Source of the DNA: Cyanophora paradoxa CCMP329 | Taxonomy: Eukaryota; Plantae; Glaucophyta | Direction of reading: 5' to 3' | Assembly (NCBI GenBank): GCA_004431415.1 | Contig: QPMI01000120.1 | Span: 30,186-94,185 of the forward strand | DNA length: 64,000 nt | In this document: positions 46,423-56,400 of the stretch, in pieces | How the letters are laid out: every line of letters starts with the position of its first letter | How positions within the stretch are numbered: position 1 is the first letter of the stretch | Made by a program: the position numbers and the translations under genes | The notes under the pieces: model-generated | Told to the model about the DNA's origin: nothing | The model's database searches: none | The model's input: the letters and a program-made list of their open reading frames with translations, nothing else

Positions 46423-47654
46423 ATGCCCAAGCCTTATCCCCCGCCCCTCGACATAGACCTCGTCGCCGCCCGCAATCTGCACAAGTCCGGACAACAGCCT
46501 ACCCCCGACATGCAACGGCGCGCTCAGCTGCTCCGGTACAAGTACGAGACGTACGAAGGCGAGCTCTACCTCGTACCCTTCCACGAAACCGTCGAGGCCG
46601 TCGTCGAGGGGAGATTCGTACACCCCCTCGAAGAAGAAGAAGGCGCCAAACTTCACCCCTGCTACAAGGCCTGGGCCGATGGCCCCCCCGGTGAGCCCCT
46701 CTGATTTTCCCTCTCGACTTTGGCTGATTTCTCCCATTTTTTTGCAGCCTGGCCTTATTCCGACTGGGAGTGGACCGGCACGTACTGGCGCAACACCAAG
46801 GCCCCCCCTCCCAAGCCCTCTGACGACGTGCCCCCCGTCCCCGGCTGGGTCAAGACTCCCACTGGCTGGGGCGACCCCAAGCTTTTCGCCGAGTCTGCTG
46901 CCGAGACGCTCGCCTGGGCCTACCCCCCTCAAGTCTTCACGAATTACCCCCCTCCGTCATCGTCGTCATCTGCCCCTCAGCCCGTCGCCGAGCCCGCCCC
47001 CGAGCCCGCCGATGACGCCAAGTCCGAGGCCTCTGACGTCGAGTCTGACATCAACGACTTCATCGACTTTGACGTGCCGATTCCATACGACTCTGAGTCG
47101 TCTTCTGACTCTGAAGGCGACAACGAAAACCCGACTCGCAAGCGCCGCATTATCAAGACCAAGTCAATCGTCAAGAAGAAGTTCATGGAGACTACGTCAT
47201 TCACCGACAACTCCGAGCGCGTCAAGGACCCCGCCAAGGCACACGAGAAGGACTTGAAGCTCGGCGCCGGCATTGCCCGTTCTCGCGTGACGTCACACTA
47301 CAGCGAGCGCCTGACTCAGCACGTCAAGACCATTGAGAAGCGCGTCCTCTGCAACGAGCTCCGCAAGGAGTTGGAGCGCAAGCGGCGCCACGAGCGCCTT
47401 GTCCAGTACCAGATCAACAAGGCGCGGATCGCCGAGCGCAAGCAGAAGGAGGCGGCCGAGCTCAAGGCGCGCATCGAGGCTCAGCAGCAGCGCGAGGCAG
47501 AGGCGGCAGCGGCCTTGGCGGCGCAGCGCGAGCGCGAGCGGCAGGACTTGGTGCAGGCAGCGCAGTCCCTTCCCCGCATTCCCTTAAGTCGGCGCCCGAG
47601 GGCCTCATTGAGTTGGTTTCCGATGACGATGACTCTGACTTTGAGATGCTGTAA
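46423..47654 (+). CDS. Spliced hypothetical protein with acidic/basic tracts, coiled coil and C-terminal SIM-like LIELVSDDDD
   Basis: Intron 46691-46747 (GTGAG...CTGAT...TTTGCAG) joins GPP|AWPYSDWEW in frame. An upstream intron acceptor ends at 46422. One late frameshift precedes the acidic tail. Confidence 0.65.
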
Positions 47655-47725
47655 ATAGTATTGCGTCATTCCATTGTACATACTTGTAAAAATTGGCCGA
47701 CTATTCAGTTACGACTTGGCGCGAT

Positions 47726-47830
47726 CCTGGGACTTGGGACTTGGGACTTGGGACTTGGGACTTGGACTTGGGACTTGGAAGAGTTAGACTCAGGGTCTGG
47801 GCCAGAATCTCTCTGGATCTGAGAGTTTGC
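47726..47830 (+). repeat. (CTTGGGA)8 array copy 2 plus conserved tail; left arm of an inverted pair
   Basis: Eight units (two missing one G) followed by AGAGTTAGACTCAGGGTCTGGGCCAGAATCTCTCTGGATC. Confidence 0.9.
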
Positions 47831-48149
47831 CGCGCCAAGTCCCTAACCACCGGGCAGACATGTAGAGGGGTACGGAAATCTGCATATGACGTTTCTGGTG
47901 ACATTCCAGGTGAGATTTCAAGCGAGGTAGAGTCTGAACTGGTGTACGACTTGTAGCATGATACTGGACATGAAAGCTCACGAGAGTATGCAACCGAAAA
48001 CGGATGTGAAGAGGGGTAGGAGTTTTCGTGTGAGATGTCGAGAGAAGGAGGGTACGAGATGGGATACGAGTAAAAAAGACTACGAGTAAAAAAGAGTATG
48101 AGGAGTGGTAGGAGTAAAAAAGTCGGTAGAAAAACTCACCTGACTTGTC

Positions 48150-48259
48150 TGACAAATTTCTGATCCTGGAGAAAGTCTGGGCCGGGACCTGGGTTTCAAC
48201 TCTTCCCAAGTCCCAAGTCCCAAGTCCCAAGTCCCAAGTCCCAAGTCCCAAGTCCCAGG
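48150..48259 (-). repeat. (CTTGGGA)8 array copy 3, inverted
   Basis: (TCCCAAG)7 TCCCAGG at 48204-48259, preceded by the reverse complement of the same tail. Confidence 0.9.
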
Positions 48260-48280
48260 TTTTTCTGAACCTAGGGCAAA

Positions 48281-48646
48281 ATGGCCCTGCTCCGGTGCAC
48301 CGACTCGCAAGACGTCGCCTACAACGTCCTGGTCAACTCGGACGTACCCCCGAGTGCCTTGGAGTTTCCCTGGAGAGTGGACAGGGACAGGGTGAGCAAG
48401 ACGTTTGGAGGGCGCAAGCACTACCTCTCCCAGCTGATCCTCGGGAAGTCGCCACGTGGACGCTACGTGGAACACATCAACGGCAACCCGCTGGACTACA
48501 GGAGGGAGAACCTGCGCTGGGCATCAATGTCGGAGATTCGCAAGAAGAGGAGGGGGTACGCCAATTTACAGGAGAAGAGCGAGGAGATTCGGGAGATGAT
48601 GGAGGCGACACAGGTGCTAATGCAGCTTAGCCAGTCTAGACGCTAG
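48281..48646 (+). CDS. HNH (HNH_3-type) endonuclease-like protein, motif degenerate
   Basis: YVEHINGNPLDYRRENLRWAS resembles the canonical VDHINGNxLDNRxxNLR. Confidence 0.75.
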   Translation: MALLRCTDSQDVAYNVLVNSDVPPSALEFPWRVDRDRVSKTFGGRKHYLSQLILGKSPRGRYVEHINGNPLDYRRENLRWASMSEIRKKRRGYANLQEKSEEIREMMEATQVLMQLSQSRR

Positions 48647-49448
48647 TGGTGTGAATCTTGGTGTCGTACTCGCGACCGACCGTTTCCCAGGCCACGTAAA
48701 CTTCGGCTCCGGCGCCTGGCGCTGTCGAGTTGGTAGTCGCAGTCGTGTAGTCCGCCTCTGCCTCAATTAGTTCGGCCATGAGGGTAGAGCCCACGACCAT
48801 TCCAGAGGTAGGCATTCCGGCGATGTTGTTGTACAATTTGAAAGTGAATTTCGTGAAGAGGAGCCGGGGCCAGACCTGGGTACGGGGATTCGAGGCGCCG
48901 TATGAATAATCGGTACCCGAGGCGCCGCCCGTGGTGGCATTCGTCATCATCTCCTTTGCGGTCATCTTCCAGAGGTTGTACATCTCAAAGGGAACGGCCT
49001 GCGTGGTCTTGTGTGTGGCATCGATGAGGGCGCCATCTAAATGCGTTTTGATGTTCGGATTCGCACCATTCCCGAATTTGCGAGTGAGGGCGGTGTTAGC
49101 GGTGAACTTGAGTTCGAGCACGCGAATGGCGGGCCGATCAGGCACAGAGGGCTCTATCTTTTTCAGGAGGCCCGAGAGCCAGAGCGCCTCCGCCTCATCC
49201 GCGCTCACGCCCGAGTCGATGTCAAAGTACACGTACACGGAGCAGGAGGCGGGATTCTCGAAATCGTTGGAGGTGACGCGCAACATGACGGGATTCTGGA
49301 CCCTCACGGTGAGCGGGGTGGCGTAGTTTCCGTCCCACTCCACCTTGTCCGTCCCTGCGTTGGCCACGTTCCCAGCGTTGCCGTAGAAATCGGGGACGAT
49401 CGAGCCGGCAGACACGGTCTTCACGATGGTGGCCGAGGTGGTCGGCAT
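48636..49448 (-). CDS. Putative single jelly-roll minor capsid (penton-like) protein A, 270 aa
   Basis: Intact beta-rich ORF: VRVQNPVMLRVTSNDFENP, SVYVYFDID, LLFTKFTFKLYN, EVYVAWE. Confidence 0.5.
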   Translation of the reverse strand: MPTTSATIVKTVSAGSIVPDFYGNAGNVANAGTDKVEWDGNYATPLTVRVQNPVMLRVTSNDFENPASCSVYVYFDIDSGVSADEAEALWLSGLLKKIEPSVPDRPAIRVLELKFTANTALTRKFGNGANPNIKTHLDGALIDATHKTTQAVPFEMYNLWKMTAKEMMTNATTGGASGTDYSYGASNPRTQVWPRLLFTKFTFKLYNNIAGMPTSGMVVGSTLMAELIEAEADYTTATTNSTAPGAGAEVYVAWETVGREYDTKIHTTSV

Positions 49449-49471
49449 TTTGCGACCTCAAATGAGAAAGA

Positions 49472-50148
49472 TTATCCGTGAAAGAGGGTGATGTCGCCAC
49501 CGATGTTCATGACGCGGGCCCCAGGCACAGAGTCAGCGTCGGTGCCGTACGCGTAGGAAATCGAGCACTCACGCAGCTCCGCGCAGAGGCTGGCGCCCGT
49601 GCTGAAGTGGGGCTGGTCGGCGGCGTAGGAGAGGGGAAGACCTGGAACCTGAAAAAGGTGAAGGGAAGCGGGGTAGAGTCGAGCCGCGTGGGTTGCCGCC
49701 CGTGTAGAGGGCCCCCAGGGTCGCGGGACTTGGATTGAATTTCGTGAAGAGCACGTCGCCCTTGAGCGTACCCCTCATCTGGTAAGTTCCCGTACCCGGA
49801 AGATTCGAAGAACTGGGTACCGGTTCACGGTGGGGCCGTACCCCGTCTCCCTGAACTTGACCTCGAGACAGCGCAAGACGTTGGCAGTGGCCGTGGCAGG
49901 TGCCACCTTTTTCACGAGTCCTGATTCGTGCAGCAGCTCGATAACCTCTGCGCTGAGGCTCAGAGGGTCGAAGAAGAGCTGGTAGGAATAAATCTTGGGC
50001 GTGGCGTAGGCGTTCTGAACGACCTGAATCACGACGGGATTCTGCAGAAAGACGTCGACGTAACTGCCGGAGGGTATGCGTGCGAAATCCTTGGTGTTGT
50101 TGCCAACGTCAAGTGAGCCGCTGAGGTCTGGTACCAGTTGGAAGTCAT
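49472..50148 (-). CDS. Paralog of the 270-aa penton-like protein (frameshifted; start uncertain)
   Basis: LVPDLSG...VFLQNPVVIQVVQN...QLFFDPLSLSAEVIELLHESGLVKKVAP...LRCLEVKF aligns with IVPDFYG...VRVQNPVMLRVTSN...VYFDIDSGVSADEAEALWLSGLLKKIEP...IRVLELKF. Confidence 0.6.
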
Positions 50149-50187
50149 TTACCCCGGGGCAGATATTTTTTCGGATCGTAGAGGAAA

Positions 50188-50586
50188 ATGCCCCGCTTCG
50201 TATTCGTGAAAAAGCAGGTGGTGCAGGCTCCGCAGTATGGCGTGGAGCCGATCTCGCTGACTGTGGGCAGGCCCCAGGTGCGATCGGGCTCCGTGCTCAA
50301 CAACGGGAACAGTACGTACGGCTTTCAGCTGAACTGGGTCGCGGTCACCAACGCCGTCAAGTACAAGGTGTACAGGGCGACCAGCATCAACGGCCCCTGG
50401 GATCTCGTGGCCACGGTGAATGCGCCAACCGTCACCTACACGGACTCTCCCTTTAGTTTGGGGGCCCAGCGACTCTACCGCGTGGCGGCGGTTCGCGAAC
50501 AGGGCAGCAGCAGCACGGGCTCTGATGGCAAAGCCCCGCCCACAACCTACGCACAGTCGCTTCTCTACACCCACGAGGTGCCATGA
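50188..50586 (+). CDS. Single fibronectin type III domain protein
   Basis: FQLNWVAVTNAVKYKVYRATSINGPW...TYTD...LYRVAAV. Confidence 0.75.
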   Translation: MPRFVFVKKQVVQAPQYGVEPISLTVGRPQVRSGSVLNNGNSTYGFQLNWVAVTNAVKYKVYRATSINGPWDLVATVNAPTVTYTDSPFSLGAQRLYRVAAVREQGSSSTGSDGKAPPTTYAQSLLYTHEVP

Positions 50587-52315
50587 GCAATTACATTCTC
50601 TTCCAAGGCATAGGCGGCTTCAGCCGCAGATCGAAGCCTACACCACGCTCACGACCGCCACGGCCCAGACCTACGGCGATTTTATTGCCGGGGGCGGCCC
50701 GCGTCTTCGGGCTTCCCGAAACCCGCCATAGTCGTCACAATCAACTGGGTGGCCATGGAGGGCGCGGACTCGATTCGAATTTACAGGAACGGTACGCCAA
50801 TCGGATTTGCGAGCAGTGCCTGTCTACCTCGTACATTGACGATAGCACTGCTCTTACGTGGGGCACGGAATACTCTTACCAGGTGGCCGGCATCGTGGGC
50901 GGTGTCGAATACGACAAGTCCGATCCGCTCCTGGTCTGGACTATGCCAAACGCCCCACGAACGTGACGGCATCAGCACCCAACGACCAGCAGCAGCCTGT
51001 CAGCCTCAGCTGGACTGCGTCCACGGGAGCGACGGGATACAAGATTTACAGAGACGGGGCCTACCTCACAGACTCCGCGACCAACTCCTACAGCGACACG
51101 ACCACCGTCTGGGGTACAGGGTACGAGTACCAGATCTCCGCGACGAACACGGGAGGGGAGGGGCCGAAGAGTATTGCGGCGTACGTCACCACGGACCCGG
51201 GGGCGCCCACTGGGCTCACTGCAACCCCCGCGGCGGGGCAGCACAGCCTGTTGTGCTCGAGTGGTCGGTGCCGGTGACGGGCGTCACCGTCTCCTACAAC
51301 ATCTACAGGGGTGGCGTGTTCCTTGCCAGCGACACGAGCAGCCCCTTTTCGGACACAACGACCGTTTACGGAACCACTTACACTTACACCATCAAGGGCG
51401 TCAACCAGATCGGCGAGGAAGGCCCTCAGTCCTCGTCTGCCAGTGCAACAACTGCAAACGCTCCTGTTTTGGGTACATTCTCCTACACCGGGGCCGACCA
51501 GACTTTCGTAGTACCAACGGGGACTGTGGCTGTGCGTGTCATCGTATGGGCGGCCGGGGTGGAGGCGGAGAACGCGCAGGTACGGGGGTCCGTGGAGGCG
51601 CGGGTGCTTGCGTAGTTGGTACATTGGCTGTGTCCTCGGGGAGACGCTCATCCTTGTTGTTGGATGCGGCGGCCCAAAGGGTGTATCGGGGACTGCCACT
51701 GCTACCGTCTACGGAGGTGGTGGAAGGGCTGGAGCCATAGCGTCGATCCGGAGTACAAAAACGGCGCCGGTGGTGGTCGTTCTGCAATTCAGCGCGTTGC
51801 AGGGACCGACTTGGTTGTTGCAGGGCCGGAGGTGGGGGTACATGTGATTCGAATGGCGGCGGGGAGTAGGCGGGGGTTGACCGGTGGTGCGGCTGGGTTG
51901 GTTGGAGTAACCGGAGAGATACCGGCTCAAGGAGGCACCCAAACCGCTGGCGGAGCCGGTGTTGTGCCTCAGGGCCAGGCCCAGCAACCCGGGAACTTTG
52001 CGCCAAGGTGGAGAGACTGGGCCTGATTCAAGCGGCTACAGGTTCGGTGGTGGTGGTGGTGGTGGTTACTTCGGTGGAGGCTCTGGGTCCAGCAGGAGCG
52101 GAGTGTCAGAGAACCCAATAGCAAGAATGTTTGGAGGTGGCGGTGGCTCGAGCTACATAGGAAACTTGACGGATGCTACGGTGTATCCTGGGTCCGGCCA
52201 GGTGGCAGGAAATAGCGGAGACGCTCACTACGCAGCAGGCATTGGTAGGGGCGGCAACGGTGGCTCGTCTTTCAGCGACGGTGGCAACGGTCGAATTGTG
52301 ATACTCGCGGTGTAG
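50583..52315 (+). CDS. Three FN3 domains plus ALK/LTK-type glycine-rich domain (adhesin/fibre-like; frameshifted)
   Basis: FN3 repeats (VSLSWTASTGATGYKIYRDG...YEYQISATN; VLEWS...YNIYRGG...YTYTIKGVN) are followed by FSYTGADQTFVVPTG...GGGGGGYFGGGSG...GGGGSSYI...GGNGRIVI. Confidence 0.75.
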
Positions 52316-52335
52316 TTATTCCTAGTTGTTCCAGA

Positions 52336-53489
52336 TCAGCTCGCCAGTGCCGCTACCTGGTCTTTGAGAGTTTGAACTTCTTGTGAAAGTTCCTGAATTG
52401 CCTTCAACGACAGGGAAATGAGCCTGTCGTAGTTTACCCCGAGAAATCCATCCGCGTTCTCGAAAACGAGACTCGGGAAGACGCCTTGGACTTCCTGTGC
52501 GATGAGACCGTAATCCGTTTTCGAACCCCCGAGGATGTGTTCTTCCAGGTGAACGACACGGGATTCAGCTGCAGCAGAAGAGGGAGAATGCCCGACATGC
52601 TCGCGACATTTTCTTTCAGGCGGCTATCGCTCGACGAGTTTGTCAGGTATCCTTGAGCATCCGAATAAACGGCTCGGTTTCCATCGCCCGTGAGCGTCGA
52701 GACGATGAGCCGACCCGTGATGCCAACGCCGACGGTTCCGCACAGCAGTCGTTCGGTGCCGTTGTTTCTCAAGGATAGACCAGAGCTGACGCTTCCGCTA
52801 TCAACGATTGAAGTGTTTGCTATGCTTAGGCCATTAGTAGGGCCTTCGATTGCCGAGGTAAATAGAGTACCTGTAACACCAACGCCAAGAGTCCCACAGA
52901 GGAGTCTATCGTTTTCGTTGTACTTTATAGCTACGCCTGAACCACCGCCATTTATGTACGGTGACGTTCCGGTAATTTGCAGCTTATCGTCCAATGTAAC
53001 GATGCCCGCCAAGTTTGAAGCCCCGCTCACCCTAAGCCCCCCCACCACGTTTGCTCCGCCTCCTTGCACATACAGAGCCGCATTCCCCTCCCCGTTCACA
53101 GTCCCATTAAAGGTCACCTGATTCGTGGTGTACCCGCTCCCGTCCCAGGCCCCGTTCGTGACGGTGAGCCTCTGCGTCCTCACGCGCCCGGCACGGCCGA
53201 CCCGCCCTCCCGCGTGCGCATCTTGTCGCAGCGCAGCTCGCCGACGCGGACGAGGTCGGCCTCGGAAAGGGGACGGCCGTGGCGTTGTAGGGGGCCTCGG
53301 TGGCCTGGTTTCCGAGGGTGGTCTCCTTAATCGTGTGATCGCCCTTGTGATTCACGCTGGCAGCATAGGTAAATAGAGGGACAGCGACCGACATTTTGGA
53401 TTGCATCAGAAAATCGATTACATAAGCAGCTTGCCGATCGCGGTCCAATGAATAAAAAGCTGGACAATTTGGGTGGGCGTGACCGTCAT
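52336..53489 (-). CDS. Fibre protein with C-terminal peptidase S74 intramolecular chaperone (frameshifted)
   Basis: SSDSRLKENV...LQLNPVSFTWK...YGLIAQEVQGVFPSLV...VNYDRL...AIQELSQEVQTLK. Confidence 0.85.
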
Positions 53490-56400
53490 TCTGGTTGGAA
53501 TCTCACTTTAACTGTAAAGCCAGTGTGACTCACCGCCGTGACGTTGGCCCCGTAGAAATCGACATCCGTGCTGCCGCCGGGATTGATGTCGAACGAGGGG
53601 TTACGTTAATAACCGGCGTTGGGTTTGCTGGGTCCCCAGTCCGCCTCCAGTGTCGTACGCCTGTCCGAATGTAATGTTGAACGTCACCGTGTATGTTGAA
53701 TTGATGTTAAACTCCGTGTACGCAGCGTAGGAGTGGAAGACGTGCCGTGCGTTATGTACGCATCCATGTTCACGTTTCTGTGCCCGTGGCTGGTGAGCGA
53801 GTACTCTGTGTGACTGTGCGTAGAGGGTGGGAAGGAAGTGGGTCGGTCGATGACATTATCCCAGTACACATTGTGACTGTGTGTAGAGGGGGGGAAGGTA
53901 AGTGGCTTGCCCGTTACGTTGTCCCAATCCACGGAGATGTTCGTCAAGTCCGGGGCCGTCCAGTCGCTGATCTGAGAGATGGTGTGCTGGTGGTCTGCGT
54001 GGGGATACGTACTCGGCTTCCCCGTGATGCTATCCCACGCCCACGTTGTTGGTATCACGGGTATCGTCGGCCTCCCGCTGAGATCTGCATACGCCCCCGT
54101 GTGTGCCACCGTCGCCAGCTGCGGCACGGCAACGCCCACGGTGCTCACGGCCTGGCTCGCCCCCGGCGCCATGTGCCACTCGTAGTTCTGCGATGCAAAC
54201 ACGGGCTGGCCTGGCTCGGGCGCCCAGTACTCGATGCCTTTGGCGATCTTCTTGGTGTATGGTGCTGCAGGCCTGTCAACCAATTTATCGACGTAGGCCT
54301 TGGGTACCAGCCAGTTTGCCTTGGGGCTCTGCGAATTGATCCCGTTGTCTATGAAGGCCCCGTAATTCCTGAAGGCCTCGGCCTCCCACCAATCCTGCAT
54401 GCGGAAGGTCCCGGAATCTCGAGGCGCGAGTTGGCGTCCGCCAGGCGGGCCACCTGCGCCCCTCCGTTCGACGAGACGCCCGAGTGACGGATGGCCGAGC
54501 CGAATTCGCGCCTTAGGGCTTCGATGTGATTGATCCTGTTGAGGCCCTCCTGGTAGACGGCAATTAAGACGCGCTTCCGCCCTTGGTCTCCTCCTTTATC
54601 ATCTGCTTCAGGTCGCGCATAAGTCGACTCAGGGCGAGCGAAGTCGACCCGAAGCCCTCCTGCATTTTAACGGTGAGCTGGGAGAGGAAGAGCACGGTCG
54701 CGCGATCGATTTCGAGCAGGGTCTTCTGGTCCTTGGGGGTACGGTAATCGTTGATGCTGTTGTCGAGCGCGCGAATGAAGGCCTGCAGCTCCTTCGGCTC
54801 CTTGATTTCGTTTAACCGCAGCTCCTGGCCAAGAGCGAGGCCATTTCGCGCGCCTCCGAGGGGTCGTACACACCCAAAAATCCGGAGCCCAGCTCGCCCT
54901 CCAGCCGATTAATTCGGTTGCGCAGCTGGCTCGCCTCGTCGCCCCACGTCTCGACGCCCCAGTCGTAGATCTGTTGCGAGAGCTCCGCGATGAACTGTAT
55001 GGTGTCGGTCGCCCAGTCGACGGGGTACTTGAAAAAGTTCTTCACGATTTCTTCCGCGCTGCGCCCGTTGATGATATCCACGATCACCTGCGCGATGGCG
55101 CCCGCGAGGATGGACAGGCCAAGTCCGCCCACCGTGCCGATCCTCATTTTCGTGAGGGCGCTCAGGGCGGACGACATGCCCGTCTGAAGGCCAAAAGAGC
55201 CGACCGTCATGATCATCTGATCGCGGAACGTATCGAAGAACTCGGCCTCCCCTATCTTGCCCTGCGAGAGCGCCTGGTAGGCCGAGAGCAGGCCGCCGGC
55301 CGTCGCCAGCCCAAGGCCCGCGCCGCCGCGCCCGCCCGCCGCATGGCCGCGAGCCCGTACCCCGAGCCCGGCGCCCACCAAGTCGATGCCCGCCCCTGAA
55401 ATAAATCGGCTGCCCCGAAGACATGCCGTCGTTGTTCGCCGTACCGCCGCCGAGAAGAGCGTCTCGGCGCTGAGGCCTCCTTGGCCACCCCGGGCCGCTT
55501 GCCCTCGGGCGCCCCAGGTACGCGTCGCGCTGCTCTTTGGTGGTGAATCGCTCGAGGTCGAAATCGGCGAGGGCGTCGGCGGTGGCGCGGTTCCAGTCGC
55601 CGTAGGCATGAGGGCGTTGCGCAAAATAACGTCCGAGTCGCCCATCACGCGCCTGTCGAGCGTCTGAAACACGCCCTCGGAGGGCAGGCGGGCGGTGCCC
55701 GGCGCATCTCCTCCACGGAAACGTCGTCCCTCTCCGCGAGTGTGATGTCGTCTGGGCTGGCCAAGCCGACGCCCGCGCCCTCATCGGCGTACGCCCTTCC
55801 CCTTCGTTTTAATATTTGATTGGCCTCCCGTTTCAATGCTTGGTACTCTGTCTCTACCTTGGTCTTTCTTGCCTCTTCCTCTGCCGCCTTGCGCTCTGCG
55901 ATCTTCCGCCTCTGCTCTTCTATCTCGGCGTTGCGTCTCGCCGCGTTCTCCTTCGCTGCTGCTTCCGCTCTTCAATCACCCTGTTTGCGTACTCCTTGTC
56001 CGCTTGGGCTTTCTGTAGCGCTCCTCGATCTGACTCTTGGCCTCGTCTCCTCTCTTCCTTAGATCGCCCATGAATGCCGTCGTATCTATGTGAATCTTGT
56101 ATTTGGCGGTGGGTGCTCACGTTTGAAGGCCTCCAGATCGCGCACCATGGCATCGTACTGCGCGAGCCCCTCCGCTGGAATGATGCTCTTCGCATTTCCC
56201 AAAATTTGCTCAGCTTGCCCACGTAATCGACCATGGAGAGGTACGCGCTCTGTGCGCCCGCGCTCACCGTTTTCGGATTGGCTCGCAGCTCTGCCAAAAA
56301 CTCCCCTTTTGTATCCGGTACAGTGACCATTCGAGGGCTCCCCGCACAGGCTCGCTTCCGTCCGCAGTTCTCTGTGCATCTCCTCCACGTCGCCGTATGC

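Noticed and set aside
45501-48259. CTTGGGA arrays as telomeres or CRISPR repeats
   Set aside because: Internal, only eight units, no spacers and no cas genes; resemblance to telomeric repeats is limited to GGG periodicity.
50188-54400. Bacterial prophage or contaminant
   Set aside because: Tail-fibre-like domains sit with VLTF3, penton-like genes and a spliced gene; no terminase, portal or Shine-Dalgarno pattern seen.
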